DNA of 63,671 bases, filler included, from Choristocarpus tenellus KU-1152 (GCA_964200185.2; 9 parts of 9 records of this genome joined end to end with filler, not necessarily neighbours in it); one strand, 5' to 3'; numbered from the whole stretch's first letter, positions 53,101 through 63,658 are shown. The notes: generated by a model from the sequence alone, not told the origin. Program-made: numbers and translations.

Positions 53101-56100
53101 GCCCAACGATCTTCTCACTTGAAAGCAGAGGGACATTCCTTGTGCATATATATATATATATATATGCAACTGAGCTACCTATAAGCTCAAGCCTTTACCT
53201 AAGAGATAGTTTAGAGTGAAAGTATCTTTGAGGGTACGAGTTTTGCCCTGTTTGTCTATTTGGAGCTTGGCTTCCCAGAGTTTTTTTTGTGACATTCTAC
53301 CTACTCCAAAATGTTTCGGAGTACGAAATATGTATAAATGATGAAAAGTTGTGTCTGAGCAAGGTTATTGACACTTCCTTGAAAACAAAATAGCCTAAGT
53401 TACATTGGAATCACAACATTGGATTTTGGGCCCCAAATGGACGCAACTCTACCCTCTAAGATAATTTGGCTCGTTTCCCCTTTGATACCAAAGCCTAGAT
53501 TGCCAAAGATAAACAACGTGACAAAAATGTAGGCCTGGCTCTCGTGATAATGGGTGCTTGAAGAAAAGAATTGGCAAGAAAAAAAATTCTTGAAGGGTTT
53601 TCCAAACCTTTGTGCTTTGCCATGTAGTAAATATTTTAGCTGGGATTGTACGGAGTTTTGATATCAGTTACACAAGAAGTGAGGAAGATATTTGGTGATA
53701 ACTGACAAACCTTTTTGCTATAACTATATTTCATAAACCCCGTCCCAAAGACCCCCACCCTCCGCTCATTTCTGTTCTCAGCTGGTTGGATTACATACAC
53801 GAAATCCTGGCAATTTCTTAATATTTGAGCTCATCACAGACCAGCACTTCAGTCTTTGCATCATCACCTGAAATTCTTCTAGGTCGACTGCCAGCTTCCC
53901 TGTGGAGTCTATACCCGCAAGAAGAGCATGCAGCTGAAAACTGTCTGGGTGCAGGCCTACCCTCTCAATAGCTGCCTTCAGCTCAGTGGTAGATAAGAGT
54001 CCGTCCTCGTCCTGGCATATTTATCGAGCAAGTTAAATATTGCAGAAAAAAGAAACATTCAACACATATTTGAAAATGCTTTATGTGCACGGGTCTACAT
54101 AAGAACTCTCTAGCACTGACATACTCTATACGCAAACACACACACACACACACACACACATGCACTTTAAAAGTTAGGGTTAGCTAGAAGCAAAAATATC
54201 TTAGGGTTAGGGTACGAGTTTTGCCCTGTTTGTCCGTTTGGGGCTTGGCTTCCCACGGGGTATATAATGACATTTTACCTACTCCGATATATTTCACAGT
54301 AGGTAAAATGTATATGTTATGAAAATGTGTATTTTGAACAAGGAGATTGACACTTCCTAACAAACGCAACAGCCAAAATTACATCAAAATCGCAACATTG
54401 GATTTTGGCCCCCAAACGGACGTGACTCTACCCTCTAAGATGCTTTGACTCTAGAGTAGGCAAAGGCAACTAGTATTGACTTGGATATGAAAGGATAGGG
54501 CGCGAGTATCCATCTCCCCATGGCCCATCATTGTTCGTCGTTGGAGCTCATTCCATACACTACCAACACTGCCACTTCTAAAGAGAAAGTTGGACTTGCA
54601 AAGATTGTGACTCAAAGTATCTGGGGAGGTGGCGGCTGTCCATTTGGAGTCAATTTTTTCATATCGCAATTTTTGGGTGATTGGTTGCATACATCGGATG
54701 GATAAATGTAAATGCATTTTTCCCAATTTTGGTCAAAATGGACACCCTGGTGTAGACCCCTCCCCCCCCCCAGATACTTTGAGTCTTGTCCATTTCACCA
54801 TGAAGTGACGTGAGGCCAAACAATATTGAGTGCGTGCTACATTCCCCACATCTCTTGCCTTGTCTAGAAGAGTAAAGAGTCCCTCTACTCCACTGACACA
54901 TTGAGCCTCCTGCAATCTCAACTTCTGTGCTGCTCTCCCAAATCGCCTCCGAAGTGCCATGGCCATGAAAGACAAATGAGCGGTCTCTTCATCAATAGCC
55001 TCAACTGGAGTTTTGTGCGGAAATCCTCCTGAAGCGGTTATGCCCTGCCAATCAGAGCCTGCAGAGCTGACAGAGAAGCAACTGTCTTCGTCGAAGCCCT
55101 CCTTGCTTGCACTTCTATTCACCAAAGGTCCAATAGGTTCATCCTTCCAAGTGTCGTCACTGTCCTCATCCTTATCATTAGAAACAAAACTGTACAAAGA
55201 CAGTCCAGGATCGCTGCTAGTACCCTGATCAACAATTCCATCTCCAGATGCCTGCTGCCCGTAAATTTTCGAACCACTAGTGAATTCACTATACTCTCCT
55301 CTTGATGATATCTCCTCTTCCATCTGAACCCCAAGCTCCTGTCCTCCACTAAGACCACCGGAATCAATCCCTTTCCCTGCAACTGCCTTCTTCTCCATGC
55401 AGTCTTTGCCCTTGTCTTCATGTTCAGGGGATTCTAGTGATTCCCAATCCGAATCCAAACTTAAATCTGACTGCGACTCAGATGTCAGTGATCTTGGAGA
55501 AAACAGCAGTCCCTCCACATCAACATCAGCAGCTGAGCCTGCTAGCCCTACTTCGCCAGATCCAGTAAAGTCTGGACTAGACTGCTTTTCTTCCCCATCC
55601 CATTCTCCTTCATTTAGACCTCTGAAGTGTGGTGTACCCAATCTTGTGGAAAGGGCAGCTTTCTGACTGTCATCTTGAGGACTCTCCCTAGTGGTTGTCG
55701 AGGGATCAATTACTTCTCCGGTGGTGATATCAGTATTCCATCCGTCCTTTAATCTCCGAAGTACCAAATTGCTGATGTTGCCTTGTGATGAATTTTCCCG
55801 AGGGGAACTACCAGATCCCATTCGTTTTGGCATGAAGGAAGCCGTAAAAACTACTCTTCCTATTACCTCATTATCAACGCCGTTGTTCCCAAGTAACTTG
55901 ATCTCCATGTTAGTACCCTTTCTGACTCCATAACCTATGTTCCTCTCCTCCTCTTTCCATTCCTGTCCATATCCTGCATTCTCTGTCCCCTCTGGCCCTC
56001 CTCCCTCACCACTTCCCCCATGTGCACTACCGCCACCACTACCTCCAACTCCTCTGACATGATTCCTTCCCCGATTCTTGTCTTCAATGATGCTTGCACC

Positions 56101-56256
56101 ACGGACTCCAATTTCCTGGTTTCCACAGTCAACACCACTGCTGACACCAATGTTCCCCTCTTTTCCTTTCAAACAACTACACAAATGCTTGTAGGCATTG
56201 GAGCCATCAAGCCTACCTTTGGCAACTACCCACCCAAGATTGTCGCAGACCTCCAC
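47149..56256 (-). CDS. Large multi-EF-hand calcium-binding protein with long acidic/Ser-rich disordered region; 5' end off contig, last exon unresolved
   Basis: Phase-consistent exons 56256-54859 (GC donor), 54011-53868, 52651-52157, 51812-51745, 49475-49281, 48615-48426, 47274-47149. Splicing creates canonical EF loops LFTLLDK|DEDGLLSTTELK and VFEVMDKDSSGTVSGTELQRM|VNEMGL, plus degenerate IDSTGKLAVDLEEFQ|SYL and ERDASGEGTVPEEVFRE|VL. Candidate terminal exons near 46911-46928 or 46499-46513. Confidence 0.85.
47544..47807 (+). mobile_element. MITE family A, complete, intronic, with CCCTAACCCTAA variant in the long arm
   Basis: GAGTCAAAGTATCTTAGAGGGTA...TACCCTAACCCTAAGATACTCTCACTC; TSD CTG/CTG. 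Confidence 0.94.
48111..48166. repeat. (TTTCC)n microsatellite
   Basis: Direct reading. Confidence 0.95.
48201..48382 (+). mobile_element. MITE family B, complete, intronic
   Basis: GGCTCAAAGTATCT-G run...C run-AGATTCTTTGGGTC; TSD TTCA/TTCA. Confidence 0.93.
49803..50072 (-). mobile_element. MITE family A, complete, intronic, internal duplication of TTTTGGAGTAGGTA
   Basis: GAGTGAAAGTATCTTAAGAGGG...CCCTCTAAGATACTTTGACTC; flanks GAAA/GAAC. Confidence 0.93.
50444..50622 (-). mobile_element. MITE family B, complete, intronic
   Basis: GGGAAAAAGTATCT-G run...AGATACTTTGAGCC; TSD ATCA/ATCA. Confidence 0.93.
51477..51738 (-). mobile_element. MITE family A, complete, 6 nt from a splice donor
   Basis: CAGCGAAAAGTATCTTAGAGGGTA...TACCCTCTAAAATACTTTGACTC; TSD CAT/CAT. 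Confidence 0.93.
53214..53472 (-). mobile_element. MITE family A, complete, intronic
   Basis: GAGTGAAAGTATCTTTGAGGGTA...TACCCTCTAAGATAATTTGGCTC; TSD unclear (GTTTA/GTTTC). Confidence 0.92.
54188..54451 (-). mobile_element. MITE family A, complete, intronic, with TTAGGGTTAGGG variant in the long arm
   Basis: AAGCAAAAATATCTTAGGGTTAGGGTACG...TACCCTCTAAGATGCTTTGACTC; TSD TAG/TAG. Confidence 0.93.
54609..54785 (+). mobile_element. MITE family B, complete, intronic
   Basis: Perfect 18-bp TIR GACTCAAAGTATCTGGGG / CCCCAGATACTTTGAGTC; TSD TTGT/TTGT. Confidence 0.95.
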
Positions 56257-56744
56257 CTTTCCCCACAGGGGGTTCCGTTTACATAAGGGAGATAGCAGGG
56301 TAGCATGGGTGAGACAAGATGTAAGGGGGGCGGATAAACATGCAATCCAACCATTTGCCTGATTCTTTGCGTATGCCTGCCCTAGAGGAATTGAATACAC
56401 ACCAAACACTGCGACAACACAGGTGGCAGGTACGGTTTCGTTCGTGCTGGCTCTCTTGCCCATGTGTGCCAAATACATTATTTTTTTCCTTGATTTTTTT
56501 TTTTATTGAGACGATATAGGGAGTCACAATCAAATCCCTACTTTTCTTAAAATGTTCTTTGAAGTCCCTCTCAACCCAAAGAAGACACCACGGAAAATAA
56601 ATAATAGAATTGCTCAAGAGAGTACTCTAGTACAATCCCGGTAACTCAGGCTTAGAAAGAAAAAAAAAGCGGGCTACACTGTGAGGGTGGGCTCCAGAAT
56701 ACACTCACCATATGAGCTCAGTGTTAATGCATTGGCGAATTGTT

Positions 56745-56788
56745 GGCCCAAAGTATCTGGGGGGGGGGGGGTCTACACAAGGGTGTCT
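56745..56788. mobile_element. MITE family B long arm, truncated at contig end
   Basis: GGCCCAAAGTATCT-G run-TCTACACAAGGGTGTCT. Confidence 0.85.
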
Positions 56789-56888
56789 NNNNNNNNNNNN
56801 NNNNNNNNNNNNNNNNNNNNNNNNNNNNNNNNTTAATTAATTAANNNNNNNNNNNNNNNNNNNNNNNNNNNNNNNNNNNNNNNNNNNN
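56789..56888. other. Artificial contig linker
   Basis: N44-TTAATTAATTAA-N44. Confidence 0.99.
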
Positions 56889-57103
56889 GGACCAAAATCC
56901 AATGTTGCAATTTTGATGTGATTTTGACTATCATGTTGGTTAGGAGATGTCAATATCCTTGTCTGGACACTCCTTTTCGTAGGGTATACATTTTACCTAC
57001 TCCGAAACATTTTGGAGTAGGAAAAATGTCAATAAAAAGTGGGAATTCAAGCCCCACATGGACAAACAGGGCAAAAGTCGTACCCTCTAAGATACTTTCA
57101 CTC
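56889..57103 (+). mobile_element. MITE family A, truncated by contig start
   Basis: Family A interior ending TACCCTCTAAGATACTTTCACTC. Confidence 0.92.
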
Positions 57104-57844
57104 TGACACGATTCTCTGGAAGGAGAAGGTTATGGCATTCCCTCACAATTTTCACACTGGAAACATACCATTTTTCTTGACACAGCTTGAATAAATTTCC
57201 TACAGCTGACATCTCTTGTACTGTTGTCGAGTCCGGTGGTATTTATTGCTGATGAGTTGTTTATAGTTGGAAGAAACCCTCCATTAGTGAGCTTTCGAGA
57301 TACGAAAAACATGATATATGTACACTACTCACACTCTGTTCATAAGGGCTAATAGTACACACCGCCGGACCACCCTCTTCCCACCACACAGCTACATTTC
57401 ACCTTTAACATTTTTCCTTTGTTGATGATGCTCAAACACCAACACACAACAACAATTGACCATCTATCTCGTGACGAGGAAGCAGTGGCCAAGGATGTTG
57501 GATGTGCCCTGTCTGTTTCTTTGTGGAAAACCCTTCCGCCGCCAAGATGTGCGAAATTTGCAATGCACCAAACCCTGGTGAGAGACCCTTCGCACTTTTG
57601 CCTGTCCATGGCTCTTTCGCCACGTTGCGCAATAAACCAGCACACACCACTCCAACTGATGTTGCCATATAGTAGAAACTGAAGACACCCTCCTCTTGGG
57701 GTGCGCTTTTTACCCTGGCTCATGTCAAGGATAAGTCTCAAGTCTGCCTATATCCACAATTTAGATAAAGGGAGTTGGTGCTTTCATTCTACCTCTAATT
57801 CGTGACATATGTGTACTAAACTCAAACTACGGCAATTGCACCTG

Positions 57845-58100
57845 GAGACAAAGCGTTCAAGAGGGTAGGAGGTTTGTCCTCTTTGTCCATTTGGGGCTTG
57901 GCTTCCCACGGTTCTTTATGCCCCTTTTTTGGTTTTCTGTGTGAACACAGATACTCAAAATGTATACGGCTATGAATGGTGTGTCCGGAGCGAGGAATGG
58001 CAATTGCTAACAAACACGATAGCCAAAATTCATCAAAATAGCAACATTGGATTTATGAACCCGAACGGACGCGACCCTACCCTCTGAAGTGCTTTAACTC
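57845..58100 (-). mobile_element. MITE family A, older divergent copy
   Basis: GAGACAAAGCGTTCAAGAGGGTA...TACCCTCTGAAGTGCTTTAACTC; TSD CTG/CTG. Confidence 0.88.
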
Positions 58101-58599
58101 CTGAGATATTTCCTTTCGAAACAAGTGGGAAATACTGCAATCAATACAGTATTCAGTATGGCATAGCTACTTGAGGCGCTTTCCCTTTTCACGTCAGCCC
58201 CCTCGTCCCATCTAAAGGCCGGAATATTCAATGGGTGTATTGGCAAGTATAACCACCTTACCACATTACCAGCTGATATTCAATACATGACTCAAAATTG
58301 AACATAGTATAATATGAAGTTGAGGGGGGAGAGTTTTTATTCAGAAAGAGTGGTGATGTTTTGATATTCAAGGGTACAACCTCCAAACTGGTAGCATTTT
58401 AAAAGGTTAAACAGATATCCCTAGGACCAAGCAGTGATTGTAGCCTTGTAGAGTACTCCAATCACTTGCATATCATGGTCTACCGATAGTGGAGGTCAAG
58501 ATTTCTACTTTAGAAGCAATTGATAGAGCTGGTATATGAACACTTCATTCAAGGTTTGTGAGAGTAACAGCTTCACTCATTAGATAATAGGTGTGTTGG

Positions 58600-59800
58600 A
58601 TATGGCACTCATTTGAATCCTTTCCCTTTTCTCTGACTCTCCAGGAAACAAGGATGCTCAAGTGCTTCAGCAATGTACCAACTGCACCTTTTCAAACCCC
58701 GAGCTATCGGTTGAGTGCCAGATGTGTGGCGAACCTCTCCCTTATGGGCAAGCTAGGAAAAGGAATAAGGTATACGTATGAGATGTGTAATATCATTATT
58801 TGTTTATGGTCATACGTGTTTTCGAGGCAGTCATTTATCAATTGTCGAACCAAGAACAGGCTTCTTCATCGTGAATATTATGAGGTCCGTCAACTTCAGG
58901 TCGACAGTGGGAGGAATCTTCCAAACCTTTTCCTTGATGAAGAGTTTTTGTCCAAAATAATTCATCATGGAAAACACTGTCCGGGTCTTCAACGTTGGGC
59001 AATCTCTGTGAGCAAAAATAGAAGGCATCCATTATGGATAAAATGGATGGAATGGTGTTGTACCCTATACTTAACCCTAGCATCTGACACCGTACTCCTT
59101 CCCAATTGCTCCACTCTTGCTTAGATCTGCATCCAAGGTGTACTAATCCCTCACATTTGTACTTGCTGAGTGCACATAACCAGCTTTCTTGGGCATTCAA
59201 AGTCTAGAGCAGAGTAGATTGATGTTCCATCTGAACCCTAGACTTCAGCTGGTTCCAACCTCCACAATCCTCATAATAAGAAACACAGTCCCTGTGGCAC
59301 TTGATATCGGAAGGAAGGATATATAAACTATTGCCAACATGGGAAGAGCGTTATGGCTCCTCTTAGACATATTTGAATCTTTGTACTTCTGTTGATTTCA
59401 GTATCTCTCTCTCTTCAACCCCCCCCCAGTGTAGGCACAACAGCCTTTTGTCTTCCATAGCTTCCGGTGCCAGAAGCAACTTACACAAAGTGATAAGAAC
59501 TGTTCCCTCACATTGTTGAACAATAGTCAAGATGCATTGTAGAGTCTACTACGGATCATTTTTCGTATATGGCATATATGTTGACACTCACACTGTTTGT
59601 TATCTGTAGCATTAGGTGCTGGATACATAGCAATACCTTAATACAAAGTGAACAATCTCAACCTTAGAGAGAGCGGTTGGTACATAACCATAATGTCATG
59701 ATATCTTAGATGGGAGGGGTATTTAGCCCAGCTTGTTCATTCGAAGCTTGATGGGGTGTATTAAGATCCCCCAGTTGGATGCCTGTTTTGTCTGTGAATT
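58600..59800 (-). mobile_element. Highly decayed Ty1/copia RT-RNaseH relic
   Basis: MLGLSIGY...MDAFY...DPDSV (like LGITY...YADA.YA...DRRSV); limits approximate. Confidence 0.3.
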
Positions 59801-60994
59801 TCCAACGGATTGGTTCAGGCAGAGGAATGGACAAGGAAGGTGCATTCAAATGAAGGAACTTGCCCTTGGCCTACTCTGATCACATGAAATCATGACAGGT
59901 TCACAGAGGCCCCGAATTGATCCCTGACCCCCCCTCCAGGATACTATGGGTCTGTTGAACCTTTCTACAGACTAGTAACCCAAGGGCTATTACATCTATG
60001 AAAAGTAGATGAAGCTATATGTGAAGAAGTATATTCCGTATCTACTCATATATCAGCATTTACTTATTTTGGCCCAGTAGGTGTTCGCATTTTAGGAGAG
60101 CTGGGAGGAGCACAGTAGAAAAGACTACTGTTGTACTGTTTTTGTGGACAACAATACATGTGGTACAAGCAGAGCTGTTTACAACACCCTCAGCACACCC
60201 CTGATGCAGACATGTCAACCTCGATTAGTATCTTGGTATGGGACTCAAATATCACTCTATTCTAATTTGGGAGGGGAGACAAGCAACAGTGATGGGTCTC
60301 CAAGCAACTGAGAATCCACATTTAATGACACAGACAGTCTAGAGGTGGCAAGAACTTACAACCTTTAACCTACTGCCATCAAGGCCTCTTGCACAAGTCA
60401 ATCCTTCAGCTATTAGGCAGAAGAGTTCCTCATGAGTGGGCGTGTGATTTTTCTTCTAGCAATGAAATCATTCTTTGATCCTATTATCTCTGTACACAAC
60501 ATTTGGCAGGGCATAGTCCCTTCCACTTCTATCTAGAAGTCCAAGAATGGTATGTGCAGACTCCTCTCAAACTCCTCCACAGCCACCCACTCAATGTGCA
60601 CGAAACATTATGAGATTCTCTCTCCGTTGTCAGGTGTCACTGTAAGATATAACAATCGCCATGACCTGCAAATCTAGCAGGGTTGAGATTCAGAATATCT
60701 CGCTGTCCAACAAGGGTACTAGTTATTTTGTCTGGTTAGTGCAATTTTCCTTTCAAACAAAAAGTCAAACAGCTTATGAAGGACCTGAAAAGGACGAAAC
60801 TCATTGGACCAGAAGACTACCGCATGGGTTCCACTGAACTCCAAGCTCGTGTGCTTCCACATATTCACATTGTATTCAAGTTTGGTGCTAATGCTGCCAA
60901 AGTAAGGGGAGAAACGGATATAAACTTGAACTGCATTCCCTCCAGATCGTTTTGTACTGGTACTAGATATTTGGTGGGGGAGTGACATATGTTA

Positions 60995-61014
60995 GCCTCA
61001 AAGTATCTGGGGGG
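60995..61014. mobile_element. MITE family B terminus at contig end
   Basis: GCCTCAAAGTATCTGGGGGG. Confidence 0.8.
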
Positions 61015-61114
61015 NNNNNNNNNNNNNNNNNNNNNNNNNNNNNNNNNNNNNNNNNNNNTTAATTAATTAANNNNNNNNNNNNNNNNNNNNNNNNNNNNNN
61101 NNNNNNNNNNNNNN
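61015..61114. other. Artificial contig linker
   Basis: N44-TTAATTAATTAA-N44. Confidence 0.99.
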
Positions 61115-61589
61115 CCAGGGACCATCGCGAGGGGGTGCCGCAATGCAAGCGGAGCCCTGATATTCAGGGACACTTGGGTACCCCTCCGGGGCGGGGGGAT
61201 CAACGGGGGGGTTGCCATACCGATGTTCTGACCCTCGACATGCCCAGTTCTGGCCTCAAAATCACCCCAAAAGACCCCTACGTTGGCGGCTTCAATCACC
61301 TCGAGTTTGTACCTGATGATTCTCGACCCTCACCCTTTCTGAATGCTGAGATTATCAACCCGATTTCATTATGTGGGGTTTTCGTCCGATTCGGCGCCGT
61401 TCTTGCTTGGCGAGTCCAAATGTTTCGCGGCACAAACTTATGGCACAGAGGTAGTATGTTAATATATTATTTTGTGATTACTTCTACTACTATTGTTACA
61501 GCTAACATCATCATCTATATACTCCCTCCTATTTGTTTGATCTATTAGTAATATTTCTTCCCTTTAGTCTGAAAACTATCCCAACCTGC

Positions 61590-61773
61590 GACCCAAAGTA
61601 TCTGGGAGGGGAAGAGGGTCTATACACCAGGGTGTCCATTTGGGTCATAACCAGGAAAAGTGCACTTAAAATTATCCATCCGACGTATGCAACTCAATCA
61701 CACAAAAATCGCGGCATGAAAAAATTGACCCCTAATGGACAGCCGCCACCCCCCCCCCCAGGTACTTTGAGCC
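61590..61773 (-). mobile_element. MITE family B, complete
   Basis: GACCCAAAGTATCTGGGAGGGG...C run-AGGTACTTTGAGCC; TSD imperfect. Confidence 0.92.
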
Positions 61774-62707
61774 TGAGGTCAGAGAGAGCAAATGCTACAA
61801 CTCACACTAGCTACTGTAGTTGACTGTTGCGCTTCAACTTATTGTCCTGCCTCCATTTACATCTTGCCTTCTTGCGCGGTCGGCTTAGCCATCCCGCCGC
61901 TCGTCAATCCTCCCTCCCTCAAGTCTTCTGCTGGTCACTCCTCAGTGTTTTTCATCGATTAAGCCATACCACTTCGTTCTTGGTTTGGCTTTTCTTGTGG
62001 TATAGTAAGAGATAGGATATTAATATTACGTATGTGCTTAGTACAACACGTGGTGCTTGCCACGAGTACTTCGGAAAATCGAGGCTATACCTCCACGTAA
62101 AGAAGTCTGGTTTGATAGAGTTTGAAACCGCGAAGTTCGTGCGGAGAATAGCCTCCAGTAACTTCTGGGAGATGAGGACGTTCATATTTGTCGCTATATG
62201 ACAAACACAAAAGGGACATAAACGAGGTGGCAAGGCTTCATTATGAAGAGTCTATAGAGGTGGGTCCAAACAGATGGAGCGACGAGAGTTAGTATGATTA
62301 AACCCATCATGCGAGAAGCAACGCATGAATGGAGGTAGTACAAGGTCATAGTGCAATTGGTTACAGAAGTTAGTATCATAGTGCAGTGACAAGTGTCTCT
62401 GACTAGGGGTTGGGATCGTCCCCAGGCTAAGGTGAAGAAATAAGAGTAACTGTATTATTTATAGTAGCACCATTCCTTTTTCCAAATACATTTCTTCTGG
62501 GAGACAATACCAGACTGGTAGACACATACTATGCTATTGAAGTATGCAACTTCCCCTTCTCCTCCCTCCTCTTTCCCAACGAAGTTCCCTCCGAGAGTCA
62601 AGGGCCACGATATCAATCGGTGTGAACAATTTCTGTAGTGTTTGTGTTTGTAGGGTGTAATCCCAATCCCTACCACACTTTATCAAGGAGCACAGAAGAT
62701 TGGGTAG

Positions 62708-62964
62708 GAGTGAACGTATCTTAGAGGGTACGAGTTTTTCCCTGTTTGTCCATTTGGGGCTTGGCTCCCCACGGTTTTTTTATGACATTTTACCTATTCC
62801 AAATGTTTCGGAGTAGGTAAAATGATTATGTTATGAAAAGCGGTGTCCGGAACAAGGATAATGACAGTTCCTAACAAACATGATAGCCAAAATTATATCA
62901 AAATTGCAACATTGGGCTTTGGTCCCAAATGGACGCGGCTGTACCCTCTAAGATACTTTGACTC
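62708..62964 (-). mobile_element. MITE family A, complete
   Basis: 23-bp TIR GAGTGAACGTATCTTAGAGGGTA / TACCCTCTAAGATACTTTGACTC; 4-bp TSD GTAG/GTAG. Confidence 0.95.
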
Positions 62965-63114
62965 GTAGCGTTGTAGCAACGACTATCATGCCAGCAGGAA
63001 TGGAACACACGACAAGGCCTTCAGTGCTCCCAGTAGATTCTACACTCCCCCACACTCCCCCTTATTTACATGAGACACGTCTTGTTTCGTTACACAACAC
63101 AACATATAGTGCAG

Positions 63115-63494
63115 ATAAACAAAGCAGCACATCTGAAAGTTGCAGGAGAGTGGACCCTAGCACGGCTGCGGCTACTGAGGTTAGGGAATGGACACCATCC
63201 AGCACCTGTCCGATCGAAAGAAGTGGCTTGGGAAATGTCGGCAATGATGATATGCTGACCATGTCTCAAGGTATCTTGTCTCCATCTATGGACATGCAAG
63301 AAAGAGGTAAAGCCCGAGAGTTGCCTGCTGTGGGAATTCCGAGGGATCAGGCCGTACAATTCCCAGTGACCAGAAGTGATGTGACTCCCGATTATGGAGG
63401 AGGGGAGGGGAGGCGACGGTTGCGGAGACATCGTGATTTGAAGGCAAGTTTGAGGTTGCTGGAGGGGGAGCACGAAATCACCAGCTATGACTAG
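63115..63494 (+). CDS. Possible terminal coding exon of an unidentified gene (low-complexity protein)
   Basis: Open frame after acceptor-like GTGCAG, ending RRRLRRHRDLKASLRLLEGEHEITSYD*; no recognisable family. Confidence 0.3.
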
Positions 63495-63617
63495 GTACTT
63501 GTGGAGGGGAGGGGTGAAGGAGACAATAACACACATAGCTTCCAAGATCCCATTCAACAAGGTTAAGATTATCATTGTTAAGGCCTCTTTTCTCCACCAC
63601 TGATGGGGGCACTAAAA

Positions 63618-63658
63618 GAGTCAAAGTATCTTAGAGGGTAGAGCCGCGTCCATTTGGG
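63618..63658 (+). mobile_element. MITE family A short arm, truncated
   Basis: GAGTCAAAGTATCTTAGAGGGTAGAGCCGCGTCCATTTGGG. Confidence 0.92.

Noticed and set aside
52930-53120. Extra EF-hand gene exons near 53000 (and near 51200-51270)
   Set aside because: Not needed: 53868 to 52651 and 51745 to 49475 join in phase and give better EF-hand helices; cannot be excluded without RNA data
47544-54785. MITEs as introner elements creating introns
   Set aside because: They lie inside larger introns and do not supply the splice sites
54733-56478. 581-aa ORF as a stand-alone intronless gene
   Set aside because: Only 56256-54859 is exon; the ends run into intron and a family B MITE (KVSGGGEGSTPGCPF)
37004-58013. 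Recurrent peptides such as WEAKPQTDKQGK or ILEGTSFALFVRLGLGF as a multigene family
   Set aside because: Chance translations of MITE family A; frames and stops differ among copies
61135-62676. Exons of an unidentified gene (TNMNVLISQKLLEAILRTNF..., LTLDMPSSGLKITPKDPY...)
   Set aside because: Some splice-like signals but no phase-consistent model or recognisable homology
62708-62964. MITEs as Transib/RAG or CACTA elements
   Set aside because: Termini begin GAG/GRC, not CAC or CACTA (CACTC appears only at the 3' end), and TSDs are 3-4 bp rather than 5; the similarity to RSSs is architectural only
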